Shown here in pieces: positions 12,445 through 24,049 of a stretch of DNA of 64,000 nt; the first letter of the stretch is position 1, and the number at the start of each line of letters is the position of its first letter. Made by a program: the position numbers and the translations under genes. This DNA is from Negaprion brevirostris (Eukaryota): the NCBI GenBank assembly GCA_030324005.1, contig JARDVH010000115.1:39554587-39618586 (forward strand), in the 5' to 3' direction. The notes beneath the pieces were generated by a model. That model had not been told where the DNA came from. It worked only from the letters and a program-made list of their open reading frames with translations, and made no database searches.

Positions 12445-13625
12445 GATTCTTTATTGGGATATGGGCATCACAGTCAACACCTTATTTGATAACCATTCCG
12501 AACGGCCTTCAAGGTGGTGGTACTGAGCTGTCTTCTCAAGTCACTACAGTCTATCTGGTGTAGGTAGACTCAGTGTTCAGTGCTGTTGGAAAGGGAGATT
12601 CAGGATTTTGATCCAGCGACAATGAAGGAATGGTGATATGGTTCCAAATCAAAATGGTATGTAGCTCAGAGGTGAATTTGCAGTTGGTGGTGTCCCCATA
12701 CATCTGCTATCCTTGTCCCTCTAGGTCATAGAAACCACAAGTTTGGAAGGTACTGTCGAAGGAGGCTAGGCAAGTTGTTGCAGTGCATCTTGTATATTGT
12801 ATACACACTCTGCAGCCACTGTGAGCTGGTGATAGAGGAAGTGAATGTTGCTGTATGGTAGGTTGACCAAGTGGCTGGCTTTGTCCCAGATGGTGCCAAG
12901 TTTCTCAAGTGTTGTTGGAGCGGTAGTCATCCAGGTAATGGAGAGTATTTCATCACACTCCTGATTTGTGTCTTGTAGACAGGTTTTCGTTAAACAGGCG
13001 GCTAGTTACTCACCACAGAATTCCCAGCATCTGATCTATTCTTGTAACCACAGTATTTAGATGACCAGTCCAGTTTAATTTCTGGTCAACGGCACCCCAT
13101 GATAGTGGAGAATTCAGTGATAGTAATGTCACTGAATGTCATGGGAAGTTGGTTAAGATTCTCTCTTGATGAAGACAGTCACTGCCTGGCAGTTGTGCAA
13201 CATAAACGTTACTTGCCGCTTATCAGCTCAAGCTTGAATGCTGCCCAGTACTGGCTGCATATAGGATCAGCCAGTTTCAGTGTCTGAGGAATTGTGAAAT
13301 GGTGGACATTGTGCAATCAAGTGAACAGGTGAACATCCCCACTTCTCATCTTACGATGGAGGGATGGTCACTGATTAAGCAGTTAAAGATAGTAGGGCCT
13401 AGGACATTACCCCTGAGGAGCTTCTGAAGTGATGCCCTGGGACTGAGATGATTGACCTCCAACAACCACAACTATCTTCCTTTCTGCTAAGTACAGCTCC
13501 AACCAGTGGAATTTTCACCCTACTTCCCACTGACTTTAGTATTGCTGGTGCCCTTTGATGCCACAATGGAGTAAATGCTAACTTGATGACAAGGGCAGTC
13601 ACTCTCACCTCTGGAGTTCAGCTTT
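12445..13625 (-). mobile_element. CR1-group LINE family B, 3' part
   Basis: Reverse strand gives VYTIYKMHCNNLPSLLRQYLPNL and RVTAL, and the same 3' end as the copies at 32.3 and 56.6 kb. Confidence 0.8.
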
Positions 13626-13629
13626 GTCA

Positions 13630-14640
13630 ATGAAATAAACAACTCTACATCACTGCCAAGCACCCAATTTACCCCAGGGGGATCAACCAAGAGAAAAATG
13701 GAAACAAAGGTGGACTGAGTAGAAGCAGTGGTATTCATTGTGTAGAATTATATTTTTCCTCAATAAAGTATGAAATACTGGCCAAAATCTTAGTTTCTAG
13801 TATACATACAGTTATTTCCAGGCTTGACTACATTGCCCAAACAGGCATCTCTTGTGGAAAAGCACTAGGTAGCTATTCAATATCATGCAGCACAGCAATA
13901 ACACACCTACCTATGGCCACCTTGGTTGTGGAACATACATTCAACAAACAAACAGAAATTCCTCCTCAGGAAAGAATTCACATCCCACATTAACCGTGCA
14001 TGTCAATGTTCGCAGCTCTCTTCCATTATTACTATAGAATAAACCCAGACAAGGTTCTCCCCATCTCATTTCTGTTTGCCCTGGTCACAGAGCTTCCAAC
14101 AAGTCAACCAAAGCAGCCATGATAGAGAACAAAGACAAGTAATTCTGTATCCAAACGACATGCTACGTGTAACAACCAACCACCTCTTCCCTTAGTATCT
14201 TCTAAAACACAAAAAAATTTGGACAACTCTTGATTACACTCAACCACTCTAAAATGGAAGGGATGCCCTCCAACAGGATTTTTCAACCTTGTTGTGATCA
14301 AGGACATCCATTGGATCCTCAAAGTCCATGTACACTGGAATTTGCCATCTTGTATAAAAGGAATTCTTTTTTCCGCTCTACCCTCTCCTCAGCATAAATA
14401 ATTATCTAACCACATGAAACCACCAAGGATCACTGTCAGGCAAAGGTGAGCATTCTCTTTTCTCTCCTCTACCTATTCCAGATACTGCTTGCCTATTCTG
14501 TGACCTTGAGGGCAAAAGGTCACAGATGTACTTCAAACAGATTTGTTCAACTATGCTTGACTGGCAATTCAATTCAATGAACCTACATGTAGCCTCCACA
14601 GTGAATTCATCTGAAGTCTTCAAGAAAATTATTTCAGCCA
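13630..14640 (+). mobile_element. Highly decayed L1/Tx1-like RT remnant
   Basis: Near 14045-14095, agacaaggttctccccatctcatttctgtttgccctggtcacagagctt resembles RQG.PLSP.LFALV.E.L. Confidence 0.4.
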
Positions 14641-14836
14641 GATAACTTACATAATTGAAAATATGAAAATTAACACAGTCTAGTTTATATGGAAATTATA
14701 ATCTACTTAGTTTGGTGCAATAAAAATCTGTCACACTTAACAAATATTGTGGAAAAGTGAGCTTATTCTATTGATGCTTAAAATTGTTTGGCAAATCAAG
14801 CTTAAGCTCTACTATCGTTTTTTTTTGCTATTTTGC

Positions 14837-15180
14837 AATCCAGAGGCTCAATCTAATGCTCTGGTGACATTGGTTCAAATCCCACCACGACAGCTGGTGG
14901 AATTTAAATTCACTTAATAAATCTGAAATATAAATATTAAGCACCGTAAATGATCACAAAAATATCAATTGTAATAAAAATCTGTTTATTACTGTCCTTC
15001 AGGGAAGGGAATCTGCCATCCTTACCTGGCCTGGCCAACATGCGACTCTAGATTCACAGCAGTGTGGTTGACACTTAATTGCCCTCTGAAATGGCATATC
15101 AACACATGCAATTTAAGAGCAATTAGGGATAGGCAACAAATGCTAGCCTTGTCAGTGGTGCCCACATTCCATAAAAAAAC
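14837..15180 (+). mobile_element. tRNA-derived SINE family 2 (shares 3' tail with LINE family B)
   Basis: B box ggttcaaatcc at 14872, body agggaaggnaatctgccatccttacctgg, tail gcaattagggataggcaacaaatgc...cccacattcc plus A-run. Confidence 0.8.
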
Positions 15181-15334
15181 TGAAGTAATCTGAAACATCA
15201 GTTGGGCACACCGCTAATTATATTTCAACGTTAGGACTAATAGTATTGTTAGGATACAGTGAGCTAGGACATACTTTTGAAAATAGCCTGAAAAACAATG
15301 GTCAATGTATCTGTCGTAAGAGAAAAAAATTAAC

Positions 15335-16110
15335 AATTACAAACATAAAAATTAGGAGCAGGATTAGGCCACTCAGCCCCTCGAGCCTGCTCCACCATTC
15401 AATCAGAATAGAGTTGATCTCTGCCTGGTCTCAAATCCACCTTCCCACCTGTTCATCATATTCCTCTTTCCTTTTGTTATTAGAAATATATCCATCCCCT
15501 TCTTGAAACTATGGGGCAGTGAGTTCCACAAAGTCATCATAAGAACATAAGAACATATCATCCTGTACGGGAAGCAGTTCCTCCTCCCCTCAGTTTTAAA
15601 TCCACCGCCTCTTAACTACCCCTGTGACCTCTAGTTCTTGATTACCCCATAAGAGGAAACATTTGGTCTACATCTACTTTATCAATCCCCTTTAAAATTT
15701 TATATACCTCGATCAGCTCCCCCCCGCCATCCTTCTCAACTCCATCAAGTAAAGCCACAACTGTTTAATCCCTCCTCATACGTTAACCACTTCATGCCCA
15801 GAATCAATCTAGTGAATCTCCTGAACTGCATCCAATGCCACCACTCCCTTCCTCAAATAAGGAGACCAAAACTGGACACAATACTCCAGATTTGGTCTCA
15901 TCAATACTCTATACAGCTGGGACAACACTTCTCTACTTTTATATTCCAGTTCTTTTGCAATGAATGCCACCATCCCATTTGCTTTTTTTAAATTACATGT
16001 TGCACCTGCATACTACTGTGCCCAGAAGCATTTTCAATCTGCTTTCCATTCAGATAATAATCTACCTTTGTTTTTTCTGCCAAAACAGACAACCTCTCAC
16101 TTACGGTGGA
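15335..16110 (-). mobile_element. CR1 family A 3' portion
   Basis: Reverse tail aaattaggagcaggattaggccactcagcccctcgagcctgctcc; reverse RPHLEY.VQFWSP motif near 15860-15900. Confidence 0.85.
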
Positions 16111-16310
16111 GAGCTGAGTTTTAAATATATCTCTCACAAGAAGCATGATATAAATACATCTCTTAAAGGCACAATATCATCCAAGTAGGCAAGAACGTTG
16201 GGTTGAAGTTACAATCAGATAGATCATCCATGAATCTATTATATGGGGGAGCAGGCTAGGAGGTAGGCTGAATGGTCCACTCCTGTTCCTAATTTGTATG
16301 CTGGCAATTA

Positions 16311-16986
16311 TGTTATATTTTGNNNNNNNNNNNNNNNNNNNNNNNNNNNNNNNNNNNNNNNNNNATAATTGGTTTTGGCTACTTTAGTGTTTCTTTTACT
16401 AATGTATTTGTTTATTTGGTTTTCCTTCTGGGGTTTCAGAGTGGGGTTTTGCTCATGTTGATTGACAGAGACAGTCATGTGTTAATGAACAGAACCAGGC
16501 CTGTACGAGAGACAGTGTTTTTAAAATCAAGAGCAATTTCTGCCTGGTTCTGAAAGCAGCAACAGGCGTCTTTCTTTCTGTCTCCCTCTCTCTCTCTAGA
16601 GGTTGCTGTTTGGGCCTGTCAGAAGACTGCATGTGTGTTTGTGTGTGTGTCTCTCTCTCTCCCCCCAGACGAAACAAGCCCAAACACGCAAGTCTGTGCG
16701 TTGTTAACCAACTCTGACGAGGAATTTAAATCTAAGAGGAATATTGCTTGATTTGAAACCAGGGATAAGTTATCATTTAAGAATTGTAACTTACCATGTT
16801 TAAGTTTAGCTAATTCATTTGTTCTAGTTAAACTGTATTACCTTGATAAAAGTTTCCTAACGTGTCAACAGAATCACATCTGAAGTGAAACACCTTAGCC
16901 TCACGCTAATGCCAAAATAGAAAAATTGTTGGGGTCTAGTGGGGCTTCATAACATACTTTGGGATTTCTGCTCAGATACCCGCACA
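16311..16986 (+). mobile_element. Probable solo LTR (Gypsy/ERV-like)
   Basis: Starts TGTTAT and ends ...cccgCACA, with internal (CT)n/(GT)n tracts. No clear TSD, and it contains a gap. Confidence 0.5.
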
Positions 16987-17009
16987 CTACCTGCAGTGAC
17001 CTTTCACTC

Positions 17010-17432
17010 CCCACGTTGATCAATAATCTATCTAGTTTTGCTTTAAAAATATTCAAAGACTTTGATTCCATTACCTATTCAGGGACAGAGTTCCAGACCC
17101 TCAGAAAAAGATTTTTCCTCATCTGTCTTAAATAAACAAAGCATTATTCTTAAACAGTGACTACTAATTCTAGATTCTCCAGCAAGAGAAAACATCCTCG
17201 CCACATCCACCCTGTAAATACTCTTCAGGATCTTAAAGGTTTCGATCAAGTCACCTCCTACTTTCCTGAACTCTATGGATACAAACCTAACCTCTCCAAG
17301 CTTTACTCTTAAAGCAACCCACCCCTTCCTGGGATTACTCAAGTGAGCCTTTTCTGAACTGTCTCTAATGGATTTAGATCTTAAATAAGGAGACCAGTAC
17401 TGTACACAATACTCCAGATGTGGTCTCATCAG
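17010..17432 (-). mobile_element. CR1 3' fragment
   Basis: ORF 17079-17492 has RPHLEYCVQYWSPYL...GDLIETFKILK. Confidence 0.88.
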
Positions 17433-18149
17433 GACACACAGGACAATAAGTACAATAAGCAGACTTACAAAAGATACCAACTGTTTCAACACATGTCCAA
17501 AATCTTACCAGTCCTTTACAGTCAACTAAACATCTTGGACAGAAGCTACACGGCAATAATTTGCTTAGTGACCCCCCACACCAAAAAGCAAAGCAAAGAG
17601 CTTAAGACTTTGAGAAAATCTACGCTTTTTAATCACTGATGGATGCTTTAACAGTCATCCTTTGCAAATGTGCATCACAGCAATTGCATCTCAAATGCTC
17701 CAGCACTTAAATATTGTGAAATATTCACATCTTTCCAGGTGAATGGGCCAATAAATGAGCATTAATTGTAACGCCCAAACATTCTCAGTACGCAAAAAAA
17801 AACACTTTTTGAAAGCCAGTGTGAAAAGAAATTCATAATAAAAACAAAAAATGGAGGACATGTAGGGAGACAAAATATACAGTGTACTTTGTAGCCAAAT
17901 ATGCACGGAAGATTCATTCAATGGGACACCAATGTCTGATGATATGGGGTCATTTGTGACCCAAAGAGGTACTGGTGGTCCCTCTGCAACTGGTAAGGAG
18001 GGACATGCACACTCGTACACACACTCCATTTAAATAAAATGCTTATGCTAGCTTAATAAAGTTTTATCATATTTCTAGTTTGTCCACGCAAAGAATATGT
18101 GAGTTAACTAAAACAGTCTCAGTGTTTTATGAAACTCAAATGAGTTATT

Positions 18150-21100
18150 TATCAAAAACTAGAAACAGCTTGGATAGAGTAAGCAGCTGGGAACTCGGTG
18201 GTGATGGAATTTGGCGAAGAAAAGGAGGTGCTCCATTCTTTTTCTACCTTTTCTTGTCTTCAGTATTTGGTTCTCAATTCAGTACAGGGAAAGAAGCTGA
18301 ATAAGTTATTCGCCATATAATAAATAGTTTTATATTTAAGTATGGCAGAGCAGCTCAGCCAAGTGAAATGTGCAAGTGGGACATCACGGATACATCTACA
18401 GGAAGTCACCTGCTGCAGAAGCTTGGGCTTCAGGTTTCGGAACTCGAACGGCAGCTGGAGTCACTGTTGTGCATCTGCAAGGCTGAGAAATCGCTGAATA
18501 GCACATTTAGGAAGGTGGTTACAATGCAGGCAAGGGGCATGCAGGCAGAGAGTGAATGGGTGACTGCCAGGCCATCTAAGAGAACCAGGCAGGTATTGCA
18601 AGAGTTCCCAAGTTGATCTTGCTACTTACTGGTTTTCCATTTTGGATATTGGTGATGATTATCATTCCTCAGAGGAGTGCTGCAAGGGCTAAGTCATTGG
18701 CACCATGTGTGAGTCAACTGCACAGGAGGAGAGAAAGAAGTGCAAAAAAACAATAGCCATAGATGATTCGGTTAGTGGAATAGACAAGTGCTCCTGTGGC
18801 CATAGACATAACTCAAGAACATGTTGCTTCCCTGGTGCCTGGGCCAAGGACATTTCTAAGTGACTACAGGACATTCCCCCAAGGGAGGGTTAACATCCAG
18901 AGGTTATGGTCTACAGAGGTACCAACAATGGAACTAGGACATAGGACGATATCCTGAAAGCAGATTTTAAGGTTTTAGGCAAGAAATTAACAAGCTGGAC
19001 CTGAAGAACAGTAATCTCAGGATTATTCCCAGTGCCTCATGCAAATGAACACAGTAATGAGAGGATTGAACATGTGGCTAGAGAATTGGTGTGGGATGAG
19101 CACACCAAATTTCTGAGACATTGGGACCAGTTCTGGCACAAGTAAGACCTTTATAAGATGGGTGGGTTGCACCTTTGTAGGACCAGGATTAACATCTTCC
19201 CAGGGAGATACTGCTGTTGGGGAAGGTTTAAACTTAAATGGCAGGAGGATGGGAGCTGGACAGGGAGCTCAGATTGGAGGGGAGCAAAACTGGTAACAGG
19301 ATGTAGGACAATAGGAGGCAAAATTAAAAGACAGATGAAACAAAGGCAAGCATCAAATAGGATCAGAATACAAAATAACATTAAAAAGAAAGTTAAGGGC
19401 ACTAGATCTGAACGCATACAGCATTCGCAACAAGCTAGATAACTGGAAGGCACAAATAGAGGCAAGTGATATGATTTAATTGTCATTAGATATATGGTTA
19501 CAGGATGACCATGACTGGGAACTGATTATTCAAAGATATTCATCATTTAGAAAGGATAGGCAAAAAAGGAAAGGAAGTGGGGTAATTCTGTTAATAAGGG
19601 ACAAGACCAGTGCATTGTTGAGAAAGGTTCTTAGATTGAAGAATCAAGATGTAGAATCAGTTTAGATGGAGCTAAGCAGCAGCAAGGGACAGCAAACATT
19701 TGTGGGAGCTGGTCAAACAGTAGTGGCAATATTGGGCAAAACATAAAACAAGAAATTAGAGCTGCACGTAACACGCGTAATATAGTAATAATGGGCAACT
19801 TCAATTTACTTGTAGACTGGGGAAATCTAATTAGCACTAATGCTGTGAAGGAGAATTTCTGGAGTGTACACAAGATGGGTTTCTGGAACAGTATGTTGAA
19901 CCAACCAGGAATCAGGTTATTTTAGATTTAGTATTATGTAATGTGAAAAGATTAATTAACAACTTGGAATAAAAAAGCCTTCAGGAAATAGTGACCATAA
20001 CATGAGAATTTTACACAAAGTTTGAAAGTGATATAGTTCATTCCGAATGATGCGCCAGAATTCTACCACCCCGCCTGCCACAGAATCAGAATGGATGAGG
20101 GGCAGACAATGGAAATGTCCTTTGACCACAGGCGGGAATTTCCGGTCTCGCTCTGAGCAAGGTTGTAAAATCCCACTTAAATTTAATCCCACTTAAATCT
20201 CAGACTTAAGACCGTGGGCTTAAATGGTGAAGGAATGAGGAGTAATTTGGCTATGGTAGATTCGGAAAGTACACAAAAATGTTTTACAGTAGACAGCAGT
20301 GTCAATGGCTAACAAAAGTTAAAGATTGCATTAGATCAAGGAAAGTGGTTTATAAGGATGCCAGTAAAAGTGGTAATCTCAAGGATTGAGAGTAAATTTG
20401 AATCCAGCATAGGAAGACTAAGAAACTGATATTGGAAAAAGAATATGAATGCAAGCTAGCGCAAAACATACTAGCAGGCTGTAAAAGTCTTAGTACAGAA
20501 GAAACAAAATGATTAGCAAGGGCAAATATGGTTGCATTACAAGCAGAAACTGAACAATTATTTTTTGTCTGTCTTTACAGAGGAAGCTACAGAAAATCTC
20601 CCAAAAATACTGGGAAAGAAAGGGACTTGTGAAAATGAGGGACTATAAGAAATTACTAATAGAGCTATTACTCAAAAAAGATTAATTCGATTGAAGTTTC
20701 AGAAATCTCCTGGAACTAATGAGATACATCCTTGGGCATTGAAGGAGATGCATTTGCAGATAATGGGTGCATTGGTAGTTATCTTTCAAAATTCTACAGA
20801 ATCTGCAAAGATTCCTGCAAACTGGAATGTAACCCAACTATTGAAGGAGGGAGGGAAAGAGAAAAAAGACAACCTATTTGTCTGGTATCAGTAGCAGGGA
20901 AAATGTTAACGAGACAATTAGAAAATAATGATATGATTAGGCTAGAAGCGATTTGGGTTTAAGAAAGGGAAATCATGGTTGGTAAACTTGTTGGGAGTGC
21001 TTTTAGGATGGTACCTGTAGCATAGATAAAGGAGAATCAGAGAGTGTGGTGCACTTGTATTTTCAGAAGGTTCTTGATAAGGTGTCACATAGGAAGTCAG

Positions 21101-21470
21101 TGAACAAAATTGGAGCACATGGGCTTGGGGGTAACACACTGCTACTGANNNNNNNNNNGAACAAATAATTCACAGGATGGCAAGCTATTAAGTGGGGTAC
21201 CGCAAGGATCAGTGCTGCAGCCACAGCTGTTCCCAAATCTCTGCAAATGATTTGGATTTGGGGATCAAATTTAATATTTTCAAATATTATTCAAGCTAGA
21301 TGGGAATGCAAGTTGTCAGGAGGATGCAAGGAAGCTTCAATGGGACTTGGATAGGTTTAGGTGAATGGGCAAAGATATGGCAGATGAAATATAATGTGCT
21401 CATGTGTGAAGTTATCCACTTTTGTAGAAAAAGCAGAAAGACAAAGCATTTCTTAAATAGTATGAAGACA
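18150..21470 (+). mobile_element. Long decayed CR1 LINE (ORF1 coiled-coil/esterase region plus ORF2 EN-RT)
   Basis: ORF1-like LGLQVSELERQLESL and CFPGA; EN-like WLQDDHDWEL.IQ.YSSFRKDR; RT-like SPGTNEIHP..LKE and GVPQGSVL. Many stops and frameshifts. Confidence 0.9.
20052..20178. mobile_element. Short imperfect-palindrome MITE-like insertion inside CR1
   Basis: GC-rich ~125-bp interruption with degenerate inverted ends (gaattctacc ... gtaaaatcccac). A similar element lies near 42600-42720. Confidence 0.4.
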
Positions 21471-22263
21471 GCTGTTATTTTTTCAAATATTGTTGGGGAA
21501 AATTGTGCTATTTTGTAAAGAAGGTTCTGTGTGTAAATAATTTAATTAAGCTGGGCAAAGCTTAATTCAGTCAGTTTTCCTGAAGAATTGAGAGAAACAA
21601 AAGAAAGAAGTGGTGCTAAATGCATGCATTTGTATTGAAACTGTGATCAAGTGGTCTTATAAGTGCACAAGTAAGTTCAGAAATTTGTATTGGGAAATGG
21701 CGATGGACTTGGTGTTGTCAGCTGTTAAAATTTCAAAGGGGAGCAAAAAACTTCTACATCTTTCAAAGGTTTCATAAGTAAACAAGGGAAGGTTATTAAA
21801 TTTAATTTGATCTAAAAGTAGGGGCAATAGGAAAGACAGAAATTTTTTACATATTGGAAACGTTGTAGAAAGTGCTGAGAGCAATGAAATCAAAGATGAA
21901 TGGGAAAAAGTAGTGATGTTAAGTTGAATTGGGATTGGCTGTGTGGAGAAGAATGCCTGGGCTGTGCTGGACGAAGGTGCGAAATTTGAACCAGCCATCC
22001 AGTCAAGTCAGAAAAGTCTTGGGCTGCAAATGGCAATGATATAAGAAGCACAAAAGTACCAGATACTCCATTGTATCCCAGCTTATCATTTAATAAGTTA
22101 AAGCTCTCTACTTCATGCGCCCAAAGAACAAAAATAATTGCACTGGACCAGAATATTAATTATATATTTATCTATTTCTCTAACTACATCACACTAAGTA
22201 TACCATTCCTGCAACAGCTTAAACGTTGGACTAAAACAAAAACCTTTCATTAAAATCCAGCAC

Positions 22264-22358
22264 CTTTTTGGATCAAAGGCTTCTGCTCCACCTTTGGAAC
22301 CTCCACCAGGTGTCCTCCATGCTAGACGTTCAATATACTCATCAACATCAAAAGGTTC
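22264..22358 (-). CDS. EXOC5: EXOC5 coding exon 2 (EPFDVDEYIERLAWRTPGGGSKGGAEAFDPK-R)
   Basis: Acceptor ttttgcttccag|GAA, 95 nt, donor AAAAG|gtgctg. The peptide is near-identical to recalled human EPFVADEYIERLVWRTPGGGSRGGPEAFDPKR. Confidence 0.96.
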
Positions 22359-22624
22359 CTGGAAGCAAAATAAAAATTAACCACTAGAAATTCACATCTG
22401 AAGTGCCTAGCACATACAATAATGCATTAATAAAATAATTATGGCACTGCTAATTAGGAGAAATTGAGAGTACACCCAATAAAACCTTGGGCAAAGCATT
22501 AAGATTTTCCAGTCTACAAAAGGCATGCATTAACACATTATCCATAATTAACTTCTATCAATGCAATATTATCCTGTTAACAAGGGAGGTTACCTCATGA
22601 GAGATCAGTGAGTAAGATCCTTCT

Positions 22625-22845
22625 TACACAACAGCAACATGCATTTATGGAGGGCCTCTAATGTAGTAAAATGACCCAAGGTGCTTCAAAGGTGTGTTAT
22701 TAGTATAAAATTTGATCCCAGGCTATATTGGGACATTAAGAGAGGCGACCAAAAATTTGGCCAAAGAGACTGGTTTGAAGGAGCATCATAAAGAAATAAC
22801 AAAAGATAAAGATGTGGACAGGTTTATAGATGAAACTCCAGAACT
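22625..22845 (-). mobile_element. L2-like LINE 3' end
   Basis: Reverse tail caacagcaacatgcatttat...atgacccaaggtgcttca...ttggccaaagag. A related piece lies at ~45170-45470. Confidence 0.55.
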
Positions 22846-24049
22846 AAAATATATACTTATGCATTAATTAGTTAACACAATTTTTGTAGGNNNNNNNNNN
22901 TGTGTAAGTGAATATAATCTTACATAAATTATTTGGGCTCTTTTCAATTAACATCATCCTAATTCAGCATAACAATAGATGTTGTGCGTTATCATTTCAC
23001 ATAAGTATATGCATAATTATATGTGCAAGCTATTTTGTACTTTCATTCAAGTTTAATCTACAAAAATATGAAAGGAAAACAGAAGTATAGCAATGAAGTT
23101 AGCAATGCCCAATGTGATTTCACACCAAGTTTTTATGCTAACCTTGCTGAATCTGAACATAAGGCACTGCATTATGTACACAAAATAAACATTTATTATT
23201 TTATTGAAAGTTGACAATGTAAAACTCTGGCCAAAATTTTGTGGATCACATGCACAGAAATTACACCAAAATTTAGTTTTGAGGCCAACTTTAATGACAT
23301 GATTTTCACCTGGCTATCCTAGGCTACAAAACCAGTGTAAAACATACATCAATAAAGCATCTCCAATGAAGATAAGAGCTCTTGCCCACACTTCTCCTGT
23401 TTGTGTAATTGTTTTGATCCTGTCACAACACTAACTTGCTCCAGTTCCGATAATAGAATTAACACTTCAGGTTGATACCTATTTCACTCTCCACAGGTGC
23501 CACCTGAACTGTGAATATTTCCAACATTTGCCAAAGCAAGTGTGAACTGAAATCAGGCATTTGATTTTTTTTTGACAGTTAGCTGCACAAGGCTAAGAAT
23601 GTTACTATTTACCAGAGCTGCTAAACAACGAGTATATGAAACATAATTTCACAGCACCAGTTCCTTGCCCCAAAGCTGCGATTAAATTCAGATAACAACA
23701 AATTGCAAAAGATTTTGGAACTATTAAAAATTAGCCTGTTTACCTTTAGGTAAAAGTGTGGCTTATAGTTCATGCTACTTGCTAGAACTTGATCATATAA
23801 TTTAAAATTATTTGCCAATATAGTACTTAGTAGGAGTCATATTAGCAGCTTTTAAATAAGAAATGAAAGGAGATCTAATTTTTCTCTTAAAATCACTTTT
23901 TACTTTATCCTGGTATCAGATTTTGGGGGTAGCTGGTATGTAATCACTGCCTACTCAAGTCATTACACTGAATTTTTAAAAGCTTCGTGGATTATGGCAG
24001 GAACACATTTATTGCTCATTTCTTGTTGAGCTGAAAAACCAAGAGAAGC

